Below are positions 9,994 through 20,000 of a stretch of DNA of 20,000 nucleotides, one piece after another. The DNA is from Lama guanicoe (lineage: Eukaryota). The stretch covers positions 172,594 through 192,593 of the forward strand of contig MU053209.1 in the NCBI GenBank assembly GCA_013239625.1, written 5' to 3'. The position numbers and the translations under genes are program-made. The first letter of the stretch is position 1; each line of letters starts with the position of its first letter. The notes under the pieces are model-generated. The model worked only from the letters and a program-made list of their open reading frames with translations, had not been told where the DNA came from and did no database searches.

Positions 9994-12099
9994 AAGAGGC
10001 AATGATTGTTTTCTGACTTCTTAAGAACATACATTCTCAAAATTGTAACTGCATACCCAGCACTGTTTCACACTCTTGCAAGCATGTGTTAGTCACAGAA
10101 GGAGTACTGTTGGAGAAACCGCGAGTGGTCTGTAGAATCCACCCCATCACTGGCCAGGAGTCTGGCAGTGGAGCAGAACATCACGAGAAGAGGAGACTGA
10201 GAGCAAACGGTGGAAGACAGGTGAGAAACTCACCAAGTTCTGTGTGAACACGGCATTCCTTTCTAGCCATTCACATCAGTATCTATGTAACAGGAGGGGA
10301 AGACGGCGGCAAGGCACAGGGAGAGTTAAATGTGAGAGGCTTTGATAAAGCTAAGAGATTTCAATTTTGTTGGCTATCACAACTGCCCCTAATGACAAAA
10401 CTTTCACTTCGTTAGCGATGGTCTTAAAGTAGAACTGGATAAACAAACTTTCTATGATTGCAATATATGGCACGGAAACTTCAAAGAAAGAAAGTAATCT
10501 AAGTGATGATATCATTTGAACACAAATTAAAACTCTCAAGAATGTTAATTTTATCTGGGTGATTAATGTCTCAGGACAGTCAATCCTGTAGATCGGCTAC
10601 GTCCTCTCAACGGCTGCAAGGTTGTTTCCTGAGATGATTCGCCACCTTTAACTTTACCTTTCTTTGACTACTCCTTACAGAGGTTAGAATTTAATAGGCA
10701 GAGTTGGACACATGCAGAAGTCAAAACTTTTTTTTAACTAGAGGTAATTAACATACATCCAGGAGATTATTCATTTTGCTTAAAGCATCATTTCCCTTTG
10801 TAACGTTCCTGAGCTTCAAGGGAGACTGTTACCCCATTAGTCTCCATTCTTTAAATGCATAAAGATGGCACTAAAACATGGTCAAAAGTCAGTGCACTGC
10901 CTAAAACCCTTCATGACTTCCTGTAAGATAAAAGGTAAAATCCTCCTCATGGTCGACAAGTGTGTGCCAAGCCAGCCCCCAACACATTTTCTTCTCCTCT
11001 TCCTTCTTGATGGCACTGAAGCGACACTGCCCTTTGCTGTTGAGGTCCATTTTCTTAAAACTAATTTCCCTGAAGCCTGTAACACAGTGGTTCCCACTCA
11101 ATCATTCTTAGTATCCTGTATTTAGCTTTCATAATATGTATCACAGGGCGTAATTGTTGCTGAGAGTCTTAGAATGCTTACTGTGTATTAATAAAATCTA
11201 AGATTGATAATGGTTGACAGTAACATGAATTAGTCAATAACATAGTTTAAAATGAATAAATATGTCCTAATAAAGTTATATTACCTGTCAAACCTATTAT
11301 GCCTTTAAAAACCATAGAAAATTTGCATTGAAAATAGGTAATAAAAATAAAGACAAAGATATTTAACTTGTCATTTTACATAAACCATAATTTGAGCCTA
11401 ACTCTTTGTGGTTTCATATTTCTTGATCTTTTTGCCTCATTCTGCTTGAGGTTCTGATTCCATTAAAACAGAGAGAGAATTCAAGACTTATCCAATATCA
11501 TTTTGACATCAAGAAATGAAAAGAGACCATCACGGAGGGCTTCTTAAAAGTACCAAGGACCTGACCTTTGTGTTATAGAAAAGCATTTCACTTTCCTCTC
11601 AAGGTCTCCCAGGCTGGGCAGAAATTTTCTCCACCTGTCACTTATCTTTCTCTCTCCTAAGTAAATTAAGTTATTGCCATGACTGCTGAGGACTGCCATC
11701 TTCTTCTTTATAAGCGTATATCAGATCAAGGTTTTTAAAAACTTGCTCGGTTTGACCTTCCAGGCAGACGACACATCTGAAGGCATCCTCATGGAGAGGG
11801 GCACAGGGCTCTCCTCACTCGTGGTTTCATATGAAATACTGACACTGGTTCTCTCACTCTACGTAAAAGTGTATTTCATTCATCAATTTTTCAGTTTTAT
11901 GAAAAATTTTAAAGAGTGTGAAGATAGGTAAACTTACATATTATCACATCAAAATATTATTACTGTCTGTTATTTGATCATTTATAATGAATTATGAAGC
12001 TTTCATTCAATATCATAGAAATATTTCTGAAAATCAAACAACTAAGCTCGTAGGAAAGTGAAATCTAAGAAAACTCTTTTTGCATTTATGTCTTTCTTC

Positions 12100-12310
12100 A
12101 GCTGCACGCGCACATGAACACACATGCAAATATACAAACCAAGTGAGCTGTACAGATACACATAGTCTCATATATATTCTACGTTAATGTGTATGTAAGA
12201 AATACCAAAATATGTAATGCATATATAACTATACATACTTCTCAGTAATCAAATTCATATGTATATACGTACCTATGTCCAATATATAGTCATATATATG
12301 CACACTATCA
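12100..12310. repeat. CA/TA-rich low-complexity region
   Basis: Scattered CACA/TATA/TGTA runs (GCACGCGCACATGAACACACATGC..ATATGTATATACGTACCTATG..ATATATATGCACAC). Confidence 0.5.
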
Positions 12311-12959
12311 ACTTTCTGTCCAAGGTATTTAGTAGTATACCAAAGAAAGAATGTCAATTGCTTGCCTGAGAGTAGATATGATGGAAATATTAGGAAAAAG
12401 GAGGGTGGGAGGTCAGCAAACATCTGAGAAGCAAAGGGGCCACCAGTGACAGAGAAGGTAATTAAAAGCATACTCTGGAACACAAAAATGTGTTTCCTGC
12501 CTTCATAATTCTGCTTCAGGCTACGTGATTCTGTAGGCGCCATGAGGACCTGCTAACTACATCAAAATGAATCCACTGATCTCCAAATTTGTGTCTAAAC
12601 ATTAGAAGCTCCAATGCATTTTCAACTGGTGATTTTATTATTTTATTTGTCACTGATTCATCTTTTTCGTTCCCTTCCTATTGCTAAACTATCTCAAAAG
12701 CATAAAATGGCCCCCTCTTTGTGATTAACAAAATAAAGGAAAAAAATTACAAGGAATCCAACAGTTGAAGGAGACAATATCCTTTCAACATAGCCACTCA
12801 TCTTGAGTTTCTAGCCCAACATTTTCTCTGCAGAGTCTGACCTTCATTCTTCAGGGATGAAATCTTTAAAGAAGAAACTGTATAGGGTTTCACAAAACTG
12901 TTTATATGCTATTGATCACCAAGAAATCTCCTAATTGCTAAAGCAACCTTTTCTCTGGA

Positions 12960-13065
12960 TGATTCAGTCACTCAGTCAACAAACATCTGCTTAACGGTGT
13001 GCAAAACATTACTGTAGACAGTCTTGGGAATAAAAAGGTGAATGAGCTTCAAGCCCTTTCCTTAT
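12960..13065 (-). mobile_element. L2 3' terminus
   Basis: GATTCAGTCACTCAGTCAACAAACATCTGCTTAACGGTGTGCAAAACATT..TTGGGAATAAAAAGGTGAATGAG resembles the reverse-complement L2 tail (CATTCATTCATTCAACAAATATTTATTGAGCACC..TGTGCCAGGCACTG..GGGGATACAAAGATGAATAAGAC). Confidence 0.7.
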
Positions 13066-13289
13066 GCATCAAAACAGAATTTTTGTTGCAAAGCGTGTTA
13101 ATGTTATTCCCAGTCCCCAAATACTTAGGTACGTGACTTAACATTTCTTGATTTGTCAAGATGTATTTTTTAAAACTATAGTCTTACCTCTATGAATTTT
13201 TCTTGAGGGAAAAAATCAGGACTATGTGCAGGTTTAACTATAAAAATATTCATGGAAGCATCATAAACAACCCAGCTTACCAGCAATAT

Positions 13290-13500
13290 ATAATTGGTTA
13301 ATAACCTCTAACACTTTTTTCCCTTTGCCAGAAAATGCACATTATTTTAGTCTGTGTAATAATGCTTATCATTATGTGCCTCTTCAGAGGTACATAACAT
13401 GCTAGGGACTTTTCCCAGGATCACATAGCTGACAGATACAAGGGAAGGATTATGTCCCAGAATCTGTGATTAGTCAGTAAGCTATCATTCCGGTTCCACA
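13290..13500 (-). mobile_element. MIR SINE, diverged
   Basis: GGGACTTTTCCCAGGATCACATAGCTGACAGATACAAGGGAAGGATTATGTCCCAGAATCTGTGA resembles MIR core TGACTTGCCCAAGGTCACACAGCTAGTAAG..GGATTTGAACCCAGGTCTGTCTGA. Confidence 0.55.
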
Positions 13501-13514
13501 TAAGGCTTCCCTTC

Positions 13515-13670
13515 TGAACCAGAGCTCAGCCTCAGCTTAAAGGCCACCTCCGCAGTAAGGGAGCCTTTCCTGAGAACTGTGTCTGACTCTCCTCTTGACC
13601 TTTGCCCTTGTTCTTTATTACAATAATGAATTTATTTCCTCCTTGCATTTATCTGAGTATTTTTTCTTTC
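13515..13670 (+). mobile_element. L2 3'-region fragment, left of L1MB
   Basis: CCTCAGCTTAAAGGCCACCTCCGCAG..GAGCCTTTCCTGA..TTTATTTCCTCCTTGCATTTATC resembles L2 CTCAGCTCAAATGTCACCTCCTCAGAGAGGCCTTCCCTGA..TTTCTTCATAGCACTTATC. Confidence 0.65.
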
Positions 13671-13674
13671 TCAA

Positions 13675-14392
13675 ATGAGTTTCAACAGCTTTATTGACAT
13701 ATACCAGAAACTTCACCCATTGTAAGGGTACAATTCAGTGTTTTTTTTAAGTCAAGTTGTAGAGTTGGACAGCCATCACCATCAATTAATTTGAAAACAT
13801 GTTATTAATCCCATAAAATTCCATTGAGCCCATTTGCAAGCAATCCCAGCTTACATCCTCGGCCCCAGGAAAGCAACTTTCTACTTCCGTAACTTTTTTT
13901 TTCCTAAAGAGTCTATGCAGACGTCTCAGTTTTTCTTTTTGGTTTGGTTTTGGGTTTTTCTGTTTTGTTTTGTTTTTTGTTTGTTTTTTCTTGCATTTAG
14001 CTTCTAAACTTATGTTATAGCTTCTAGCAGTGGTCTGTTTCTTTTTATTGCTGCATAGTATTTCAAAATATGGCTACACCACATTGTATCTATTCAGTAT
14101 TTTGGGGCTGTAATGAGTAATATTATGAACACTGGCATACAAGTCTTTGTATAGATTTTTTTTTTCAGTTCTCCTGTGCAGCTTTCTAGGAGTGGGATGG
14201 TTAGTTTGTATGATAAGCTTATGTTCAACTAAGAAAATGCCAAGATGTTTTTCAAAGTGTCTGGGCCATTTTACAGATGCACCAGCATGAAGGTTTCCCT
14301 TTCGCTACAGTTTTGCCCACTCTTGGTAGTTCAGATTATAGCCACTTGAATGGGTATGCACCGCTATCTCATTTTGATTTTACTTTTCATTA
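13675..14392 (-). mobile_element. LINE-1 3' end, L1MB-like, antisense
   Basis: AACAGCTTTATTGACATATA..TTCACCCATTGTAAGGGTACAATTCAGTG..AGAGTTGGACAGCCATCACC; TTTTTATTGCTGCATAGTATTTC; TTTTGGGGCTGTAATGAGTAAT..TATGAACACTGGCATACAAGTCTTTGT; CTAGGAGTGGGATGG. Contains a (GTTTT)n-like tract at ~13930-13990. Confidence 0.9.
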
Positions 14393-14404
14393 ACTTGATA
14401 GCAA

Positions 14405-14478
14405 ATAAATAATATTTTAAATTTACAATATAGTCAGTCTTCCACAATAGAATGTAAGCTTTTTTGAAAACAGGGTCC
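14405..14478 (+). mobile_element. L2 3'-region fragment, right of L1MB
   Basis: GTCAGTCTTCCACAATAGAATGTAAGCTTTTTTGAAAACAGGGTCC resembles L2 GTCTGTCTCCCCCACTAGAATGTAAGCTCCTTGAGGGCAGGGACC. Confidence 0.7.
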
Positions 14479-15046
14479 ATGTTCATAGAAGCACTGTTTA
14501 CAATAGCCAAGACGTGGAGACAATCTCAATGTCCATCAACAGATGACTGGATATAGAAATTGTGGTATATTTATACACTGGAATACTACTTAGCCATCAA
14601 AAAGAATAAAATAATGCCATTTATAGCAACATGGATGGACCTAGACATTATCATACTAAGTGAAGTAAGAAAGAGAAAGAAAAATACCATATATCATTTA
14701 TATGTGGAATTTTAAAAAATGACACAAATGAATTTATTTACAAAACAGAAACAGACCCACAGACAGAAAACAAACTTATGATTACCAGTAGGTAAAGAGG
14801 GGCAGTGTGGAGAGACAAACTGGGAGTTCAGTATTTGCAGATTCCAGCTACTATATACAAAGAAAACAACAGGGCCCTACTATATAGCACAGGGAACTAT
14901 ATTCAATATCTTGTAATGAACTGTAATGAAAAAGAATATAAAAAGGAATATATATGTACTACTGAATCACTACACTGTACATCAGAAATTAACACAATGT
15001 AAACTGACTGTACTTCAATAAAAAAATAAAAAATAGAACAAAATAA
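14479..15046 (+). mobile_element. LINE-1 3' end, cetartiodactyl/camelid-type lineage-specific subfamily
   Basis: ATGTTCATAGAAGCACTGTTTACAATAGCCAAGACGTGG (ORF2 C-terminus); GCAACATGGATGGACCTAGA; TGACACAAATGAATTTATTTACAAAACAGAAACAGAC; CCTACTATATAGCACAGGGAACTATATTCAATATCTTGTAAT; TGTAAACTGACTGTACTTCAATAAAAAAATAAAAAA, with AATAAA at 15017-15022 and an A-tail. Confidence 0.92.
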
Positions 15047-17780
15047 TTGTTTCCTGCAGAAGCCAATAACAGAAAATTTTTGTCATTAGAGTTGGCTGAG
15101 TTTTGCCTTATTCCAACTGCACGTTTGCATATCTCAGAGATGTCCTGTTCACATCTTCCAATTCTCACCAGGCTCAGGGATACCCTGTGGCCTCCTTACC
15201 TTGAGAGAGCTTGACCTCACTCTTCCCATTTGGGGAGATTACGGCTTCCTCCTCAAGGAAGGCAATATGTCTTTCTTCCTGGTTCCAGGCAACCGCAGAC
15301 ACAGCTTGGAAATATCAAATCCAAGCCCTGTCTGCTTCTTGCTCTGCCAAGGGCTGTCTCCTGAGGGCTACTGCAGTGGGGCTCCATGAGTCAGGATCCT
15401 TCCAGCCTTTGCAAGCCTGAGGGCTCAGGCATCTGTGACTCAAGGCTGCCTTTCCCACACTTTTGGGTTCAAGCTACATTCTGGTCTCTAGACCTCCATC
15501 ACTCTGAGGATACAGACGTGCACACAGTGCATTAAGTGGCAAACCTCCAAGTGATCAATCTCCAGGAATCCTCAAAGGCTCCCTGCAACTGGCCAAAGAT
15601 AAGTGAGAGGAGTTTTTTGTTTTTTGTTTTGATTTTTTCCTTTGAAGAGGGGTTCACGATTGCCTGGGATGGCCGTTCTCATTAGTGGCAGGAGCCGCGG
15701 TCTGGGCTGAAATCACATTTCTAGGGGGCTTAGATTTCCCACTTAGGAAGGACTCACAAATTGTCTGGCAAAGATGGACATCTCCTCCGCTGCTGGCTTA
15801 GCTCTCCTCTCAGCTTCTCTCGACTTGTCTACAACTTTCTGTTCCAGGCTTAGTATTTATTCACTACCATTTAATTTCCTGTGCATGTGTCATCTGAAGA
15901 CAGAGAGAGAACACGTCTTTTACTTTCATTTTCTCATTCCCAGGAATGTCAGTGGACAGAAGTAGTCTTTCTTTTCTTCTACCAACATCTGCTTAGAGGG
16001 CAGTCCCGGTCCATTCTGCACCCTAGACCCAGTACTTCCATCAGGAGGTTGTGACCCTCTGCCCTCTACTCCCGTCTGTGTTATGGCTCCGCTCTGCCCT
16101 GAGACAAAAGCCTGTTTCTTCTCCAGAGGTGTCTGTGCCCCTTCTCTCTCCTAGAACTGCCACCTCCCATCCCTTCCCTTCCCTCGGCTTGGTCCTCTCA
16201 ATGGTCTTTCTCCTCTGATCACGAGTCATCTTAGCGGCTTCTACTATTCCCACCGCTCCTTTAGAAAGACAATGATTCTTGGGCATTTGCATATAAACAT
16301 CACTATTTTAATTCCCTGTTAAATTGATGCCTCTTCCCATATTATTTCTTTATGCACCTGGTGCTCCTGGAGTAATGAGGGTAGGAAACACTATCTCAAG
16401 CCAGGACCCAGAAAACAAATGGGGAAAAACCTCAGTTGACACACACCTAAGAGAAGTGCTTTGGTTCAATTTCAGATGAATGATTCTCAGCTCCGAGTAC
16501 TGCAACTGCAAAAGCGGGTAAGAGCACGGATCACACCCCTTAAGTAGAAGTTTTCCTGTTTCACTTTACCTTTTAAGTTTGACCTTCTGCTACCTGCTCT
16601 TTCTTTGGGGAAAAAAAAATTCAGTATTTAACCTAACCAGCAACTAGAATGACTTGCCCCAAACCTCAAAACCATTCTATGGGTCAGGAATGGTTTTGCT
16701 GAAAAACTGTTTTGAGAGCAAGGTGATGGGGGCGTGGAAAAGCTCGCTTAACTCCTGAGTGACATTTTACCCTGTGTTTCTCCCAGCATCTCTTATGACA
16801 CAGGATTTATCTGAAGAATTTCCCACCCAATGTCTCACTTGTAAATCGCAGCCACATCCCCCCGCCGTCATATAAGCCATGGATCTCTTTATTCCCTTTG
16901 TCCAACATTCCAGAACCCTCATCTCCATAGCTCATTTTTAAAATATCTTCTGCTTATGGGCACATTTACACTCATGGGACTCATGCAAAATAAAAGGAAG
17001 TAATACAATTCAGCTTCAAGATGACCTTGGTAAGTTTTGGAAATGTTTCTTCGATAAGTAAGACAATATTAACCTTAGTAATTCACACAAAAACTCCAGT
17101 ATCCCTGGAAACCAGAGAAAAGCAAGCTGAGACCTTTACTTGGCCCCTCAAGATGTGGTAGCATCCTGGTTGGAGTTTTCTAGTTGGCTGAGCCCAGTTC
17201 AAAATTATACCCTTAATCCTCAAGTCCTTACCTTGTTTCAGAAAGAGAGTTGTGCTTTTCTCCTTCTGTACACTCCTCTGTGCATCTGAGACAGGGCTGG
17301 GGACTGCAGTGCCAGCCATATGAAGCAAGTCTCCCTGCTCTCAAACTTGGGAGCTAAGAGCAGCTGGCAGTGTGCTGTAGGGAGAGGGAGTTCACAGCTA
17401 TGCCCTTTGCTCGATGTCATCCTTTTCCACATGGGTCCACCTCAGAGGGCTGAAGGTGTGCATGCACACAGCAGGCAGGGGGCTGGCATTGCCCCTCAGA
17501 ACACCGGGATCTCTCTTCTTGCATATTAAATCCCACCCCTAATTCCTCTATGCATGCTTTACCATTTGGACCTGCATATAATACATCTGGAGGCAACCAC
17601 TCCCTTTAATGGTCAGGCAGGGGAAAGGCATAGGTGTCACAGAAGATAAAAAGAAGAATCATTTCTGCAATTACAGTGTTTTTGATCAGGCTACCTCCAG
17701 CAGAGGACAGCATGGGAGTCATCCTGTAGTCAGGTTAGTTGAGAAGAAAAAAATGGGGGACAAATTAAAGTTTATATTTA

Positions 17781-17782
<2 letters not shown>

Positions 17783-17822
<40 letters not shown>
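17783..17822. repeat. (CA)20 perfect microsatellite
   Basis: Seen directly; gives the THTHTH run in ORF 17609..17971. Confidence 0.98.
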
Positions 17823-17824
<2 letters not shown>

Positions 17825-17825
<1 letters not shown>

Positions 17826-17880
17826 ATACTGAATATTTACAAACTATTAGACACCACGCTAAAGACTTCCACACGCAGAC
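17825..17880 (-). mobile_element. Possible MIR 3'-end fragment
   Basis: TACTGAATATTTACAAACTATTAGACACCACGCTAAAGACTTCCACA resembles TATTGAGCACTTACTATGTGCCAGGCACTGTGCTAAGCACTTTACA. Confidence 0.4.
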
Positions 17881-18909
17881 TCCAGCTTTGGTGCAAGCCT
17901 GCTATTGGCAGGGAAGAAAAATGTTTCCTTATTTTGTTCTAACCTTCTTTACTCCCAGACATCACTGCTAGGACACTCACCAGAAGCACAGAGCCTTGCT
18001 GGCCAGACACTGCTTCAGACTAAGTTGGAAATAGCAGGGTTTCCTCATAAGAGCAGCCATGGCCCCTGGAACTCTTATTCGGGCTCCATTCTACCCCCTC
18101 CCAACACTTTCAACTCCCACCTGGCAGTTAGTTTTGCCTCTTGACAGTTAACCTCTCAGTCTTTCCTGCTTCCAGCAAGCACCCCTGGCCCCCGCAGCTT
18201 CACTCACTCCTCAGACCACTGTCTGTGTTCTCCTGTTCTTCTTATTCTAGAACAACCCATCCCCCAGTAGAGTGACCCCTCACTCAAGACATTTTTTTCC
18301 CTTTGAAAAAAACAGCCTCACAATCTTGATATGATCTAAAAGCAGAACAAAATCAAATCTACCTACCTACTTATCTATAATTTATTTCCCATGATGCATA
18401 ATTTTGGCTTTCATCCTAATGGCTCCCACTAAGGAGAATTTCTAATGATACATGTGTTTGCGTCAGTCCAGTCTTTTATAAGTTGAAGGGAAATTCGAGT
18501 CTCACTTCAGGTAGTAGCTTGCTGGGCTGCACTTCCCCCTTCCTAAGCATTAGATGACATCTCATTCTATCCTCCACTTTTCAGATCATCCCCGGTGAGA
18601 AAGAAACTAACATAAAAGGCAGTAGCCATCGCTCAGGTAGATGGCCAGTGCATGGCGCAGCTACCGCATGAAAGTTGTGGTGGACTTGAGGCTCTGACAG
18701 AGCAGCCATTTGGTTATTTGTGGGTTCTGTTTCCTTAGGCATAGTCGATCCCCCCGGAAGGAAGATGATAACCTCAGCCTTTCTCCAAAAAGTGACTTGG
18801 GTCTTCTGTACACCCTTCCTCCTCATAGACAGCTTGTCTCATTCAGCCTAATCTCTGTCCAAGAGACGTACCCAAAAGTTCACCTCCACACCAGCAGGCG
18901 GCTTCTCTA

Positions 18910-19045
18910 ATAACCTCAGCTTGCAGATGCTTCTCCTTTCAAACGTGTTTCACTGAAGCTGGCTTTTGAAGGCAGGGATCCTCTAGGTGATTTGTTCATG
19001 GTGCTCAAGCATTTGGCCAAACACAGTCCTCTTATAAATCTCTAA
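18910..19045 (+). mobile_element. Possible L2 3'-end fragment
   Basis: GCTGGCTTTTGAAGGCAGGGATCC..GTGCTCAAGCATTTGGCCAAACACAGTCCTCTTATAAAT resembles the L2 terminal region. Confidence 0.45.
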
Positions 19046-19454
19046 GACACCATGGATGTACAACCTCTAATATTTCTTTACTCTAGATGACAGTGTTGGA
19101 AGACTGCCCAGGGTTCTGGAGCTTTCTTTACCTTGTCGATTACTCCCTAGGATTCTGCAGTCCCACGTTAAGTTTACATAGACCAACTGCCACTCAACAA
19201 TAATTTAGTTTTCTCAAAAGAAACGCTCTCATTCACCTACTTTATATCACATGCTTAACTCCATCTCTATTCAGACATGCATGAATACTTGGCTAATGGA
19301 AAAAATTATCCTCCTGGTCAGAAACACCCTACACCATTGTGTCCTCCTGATGGGCCCTTCAGGGAACACCTTTTCAATCACTAAGACAGCTTCCTCAGTT
19401 ACCAGGTTTAGATGAGTGGTGTAATTTTCATGTGTAATTATAGTAATGTAAGAA

Positions 19455-19835
19455 CGTCTTTTAAATTATGCAAATATTATACAGAAAAATTTAAAGACTG
19501 TTATTAAAATCCTATCATCTTCACAATTCTATTATGTATATACTTCTTCCTGTCTTTATCTTTAAAAAGAGACATTTATGCAGTTTTTAAGTAGCATATG
19601 TGAAATTTTAAAGCCTTCACTTCTTCATTGTTATGTTTTCATATATAACAATATTCTAAATTTCAACTAATTTGAATAAAAATATTTTCATATGAAAAAC
19701 ATAATGTTCATGTTACATGCTATTTTCCTTCTCACTATATTCTTTAGCTCAATTCTTAGAAGCTGGATCATGCAATGAGAGTTTGAACATTTTACTAACC
19801 CTTAAAGATACATTATTTTTTTTCCTACAACCAGA
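19455..19835 (-). mobile_element. Ancient L1 (L1ME-like) 3' remnant, antisense
   Basis: T-rich + strand with TATGTATATACTTCTTCCTGTCTTT, AAATATTTTCATATG and AATTCTTAGAAGCTGGATCATGC..GTTTGAACATTTT, the last resembling ATTCCTAGAAGTGGGATTGCTGGGTCAAAGGGTATGAACATTTT. Confidence 0.55.
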
Positions 19836-20000
19836 ATATAGGTACGACAATGTCCTTTGTGTAGTACAGTGAAGAGAAAAGTTAATGAGGATCCCAAAGC
19901 AAGACTGATAAAAATTATTCCTTATATTCCCAGTCTAAGGTTCAAAAACCCTCTAAAGCATGGCAGGTGGGTATTTAACCAAATTCTTCCTTGAATTGAA

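Noticed and set aside
11764..11926. Possible plus-strand exon (TTCCAG|GCAGAC... ATAG|GTAAAC), open in one frame
   Set aside because: Peptide not recognised, AT-rich 3' half, and no supporting neighbouring plus-strand exons.
13406..13417. GGGACTTTTCCC NF-kB-like site; also TACGTG HRE-like hexamers near 12523 and 13130
   Set aside because: Isolated short motifs, one inside a MIR, expected by chance.
17609..17971. 120-aa ORF, the longest gap-free one
   Set aside because: It runs through (CA)20 and a probable MIR fragment, and has no recognisable domain.

Overview
This is AT-rich, CpG-poor mammalian non-coding DNA (intergenic or intronic) with a 630-N assembly gap at 3239-3868. No recognisable protein-coding gene, RNA gene or CRISPR array is present. 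The window is dominated by interspersed repeats: old L1ME/MC remnants, a 2-kb 5'-truncated L1MA9-like copy, an antisense L1MB-like copy, two younger L1 3' ends that resemble cetartiodactyl/camelid L1 (from recall, not searched), and several L2 and MIR relics. The only ORFs with recognisable homology are decayed L1 ORF2 fragments. The most notable structure is a cluster of near-identical tandem duplications in the first 5.6 kb (12 bp, 139 bp, >=1.43 kb across the gap, 263 bp). Also notable are a ~63-bp L1 micro-insertion with a perfect 13-bp TSD and an L1 that appears prematurely polyadenylated and inserted into an L2. A speculative phase-compatible set of minus-strand exons is reported at low confidence. 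I found no convincing novel biological system. Repeat subfamily names come from recalled consensus sequences and need RepeatMasker/Dfam confirmation.
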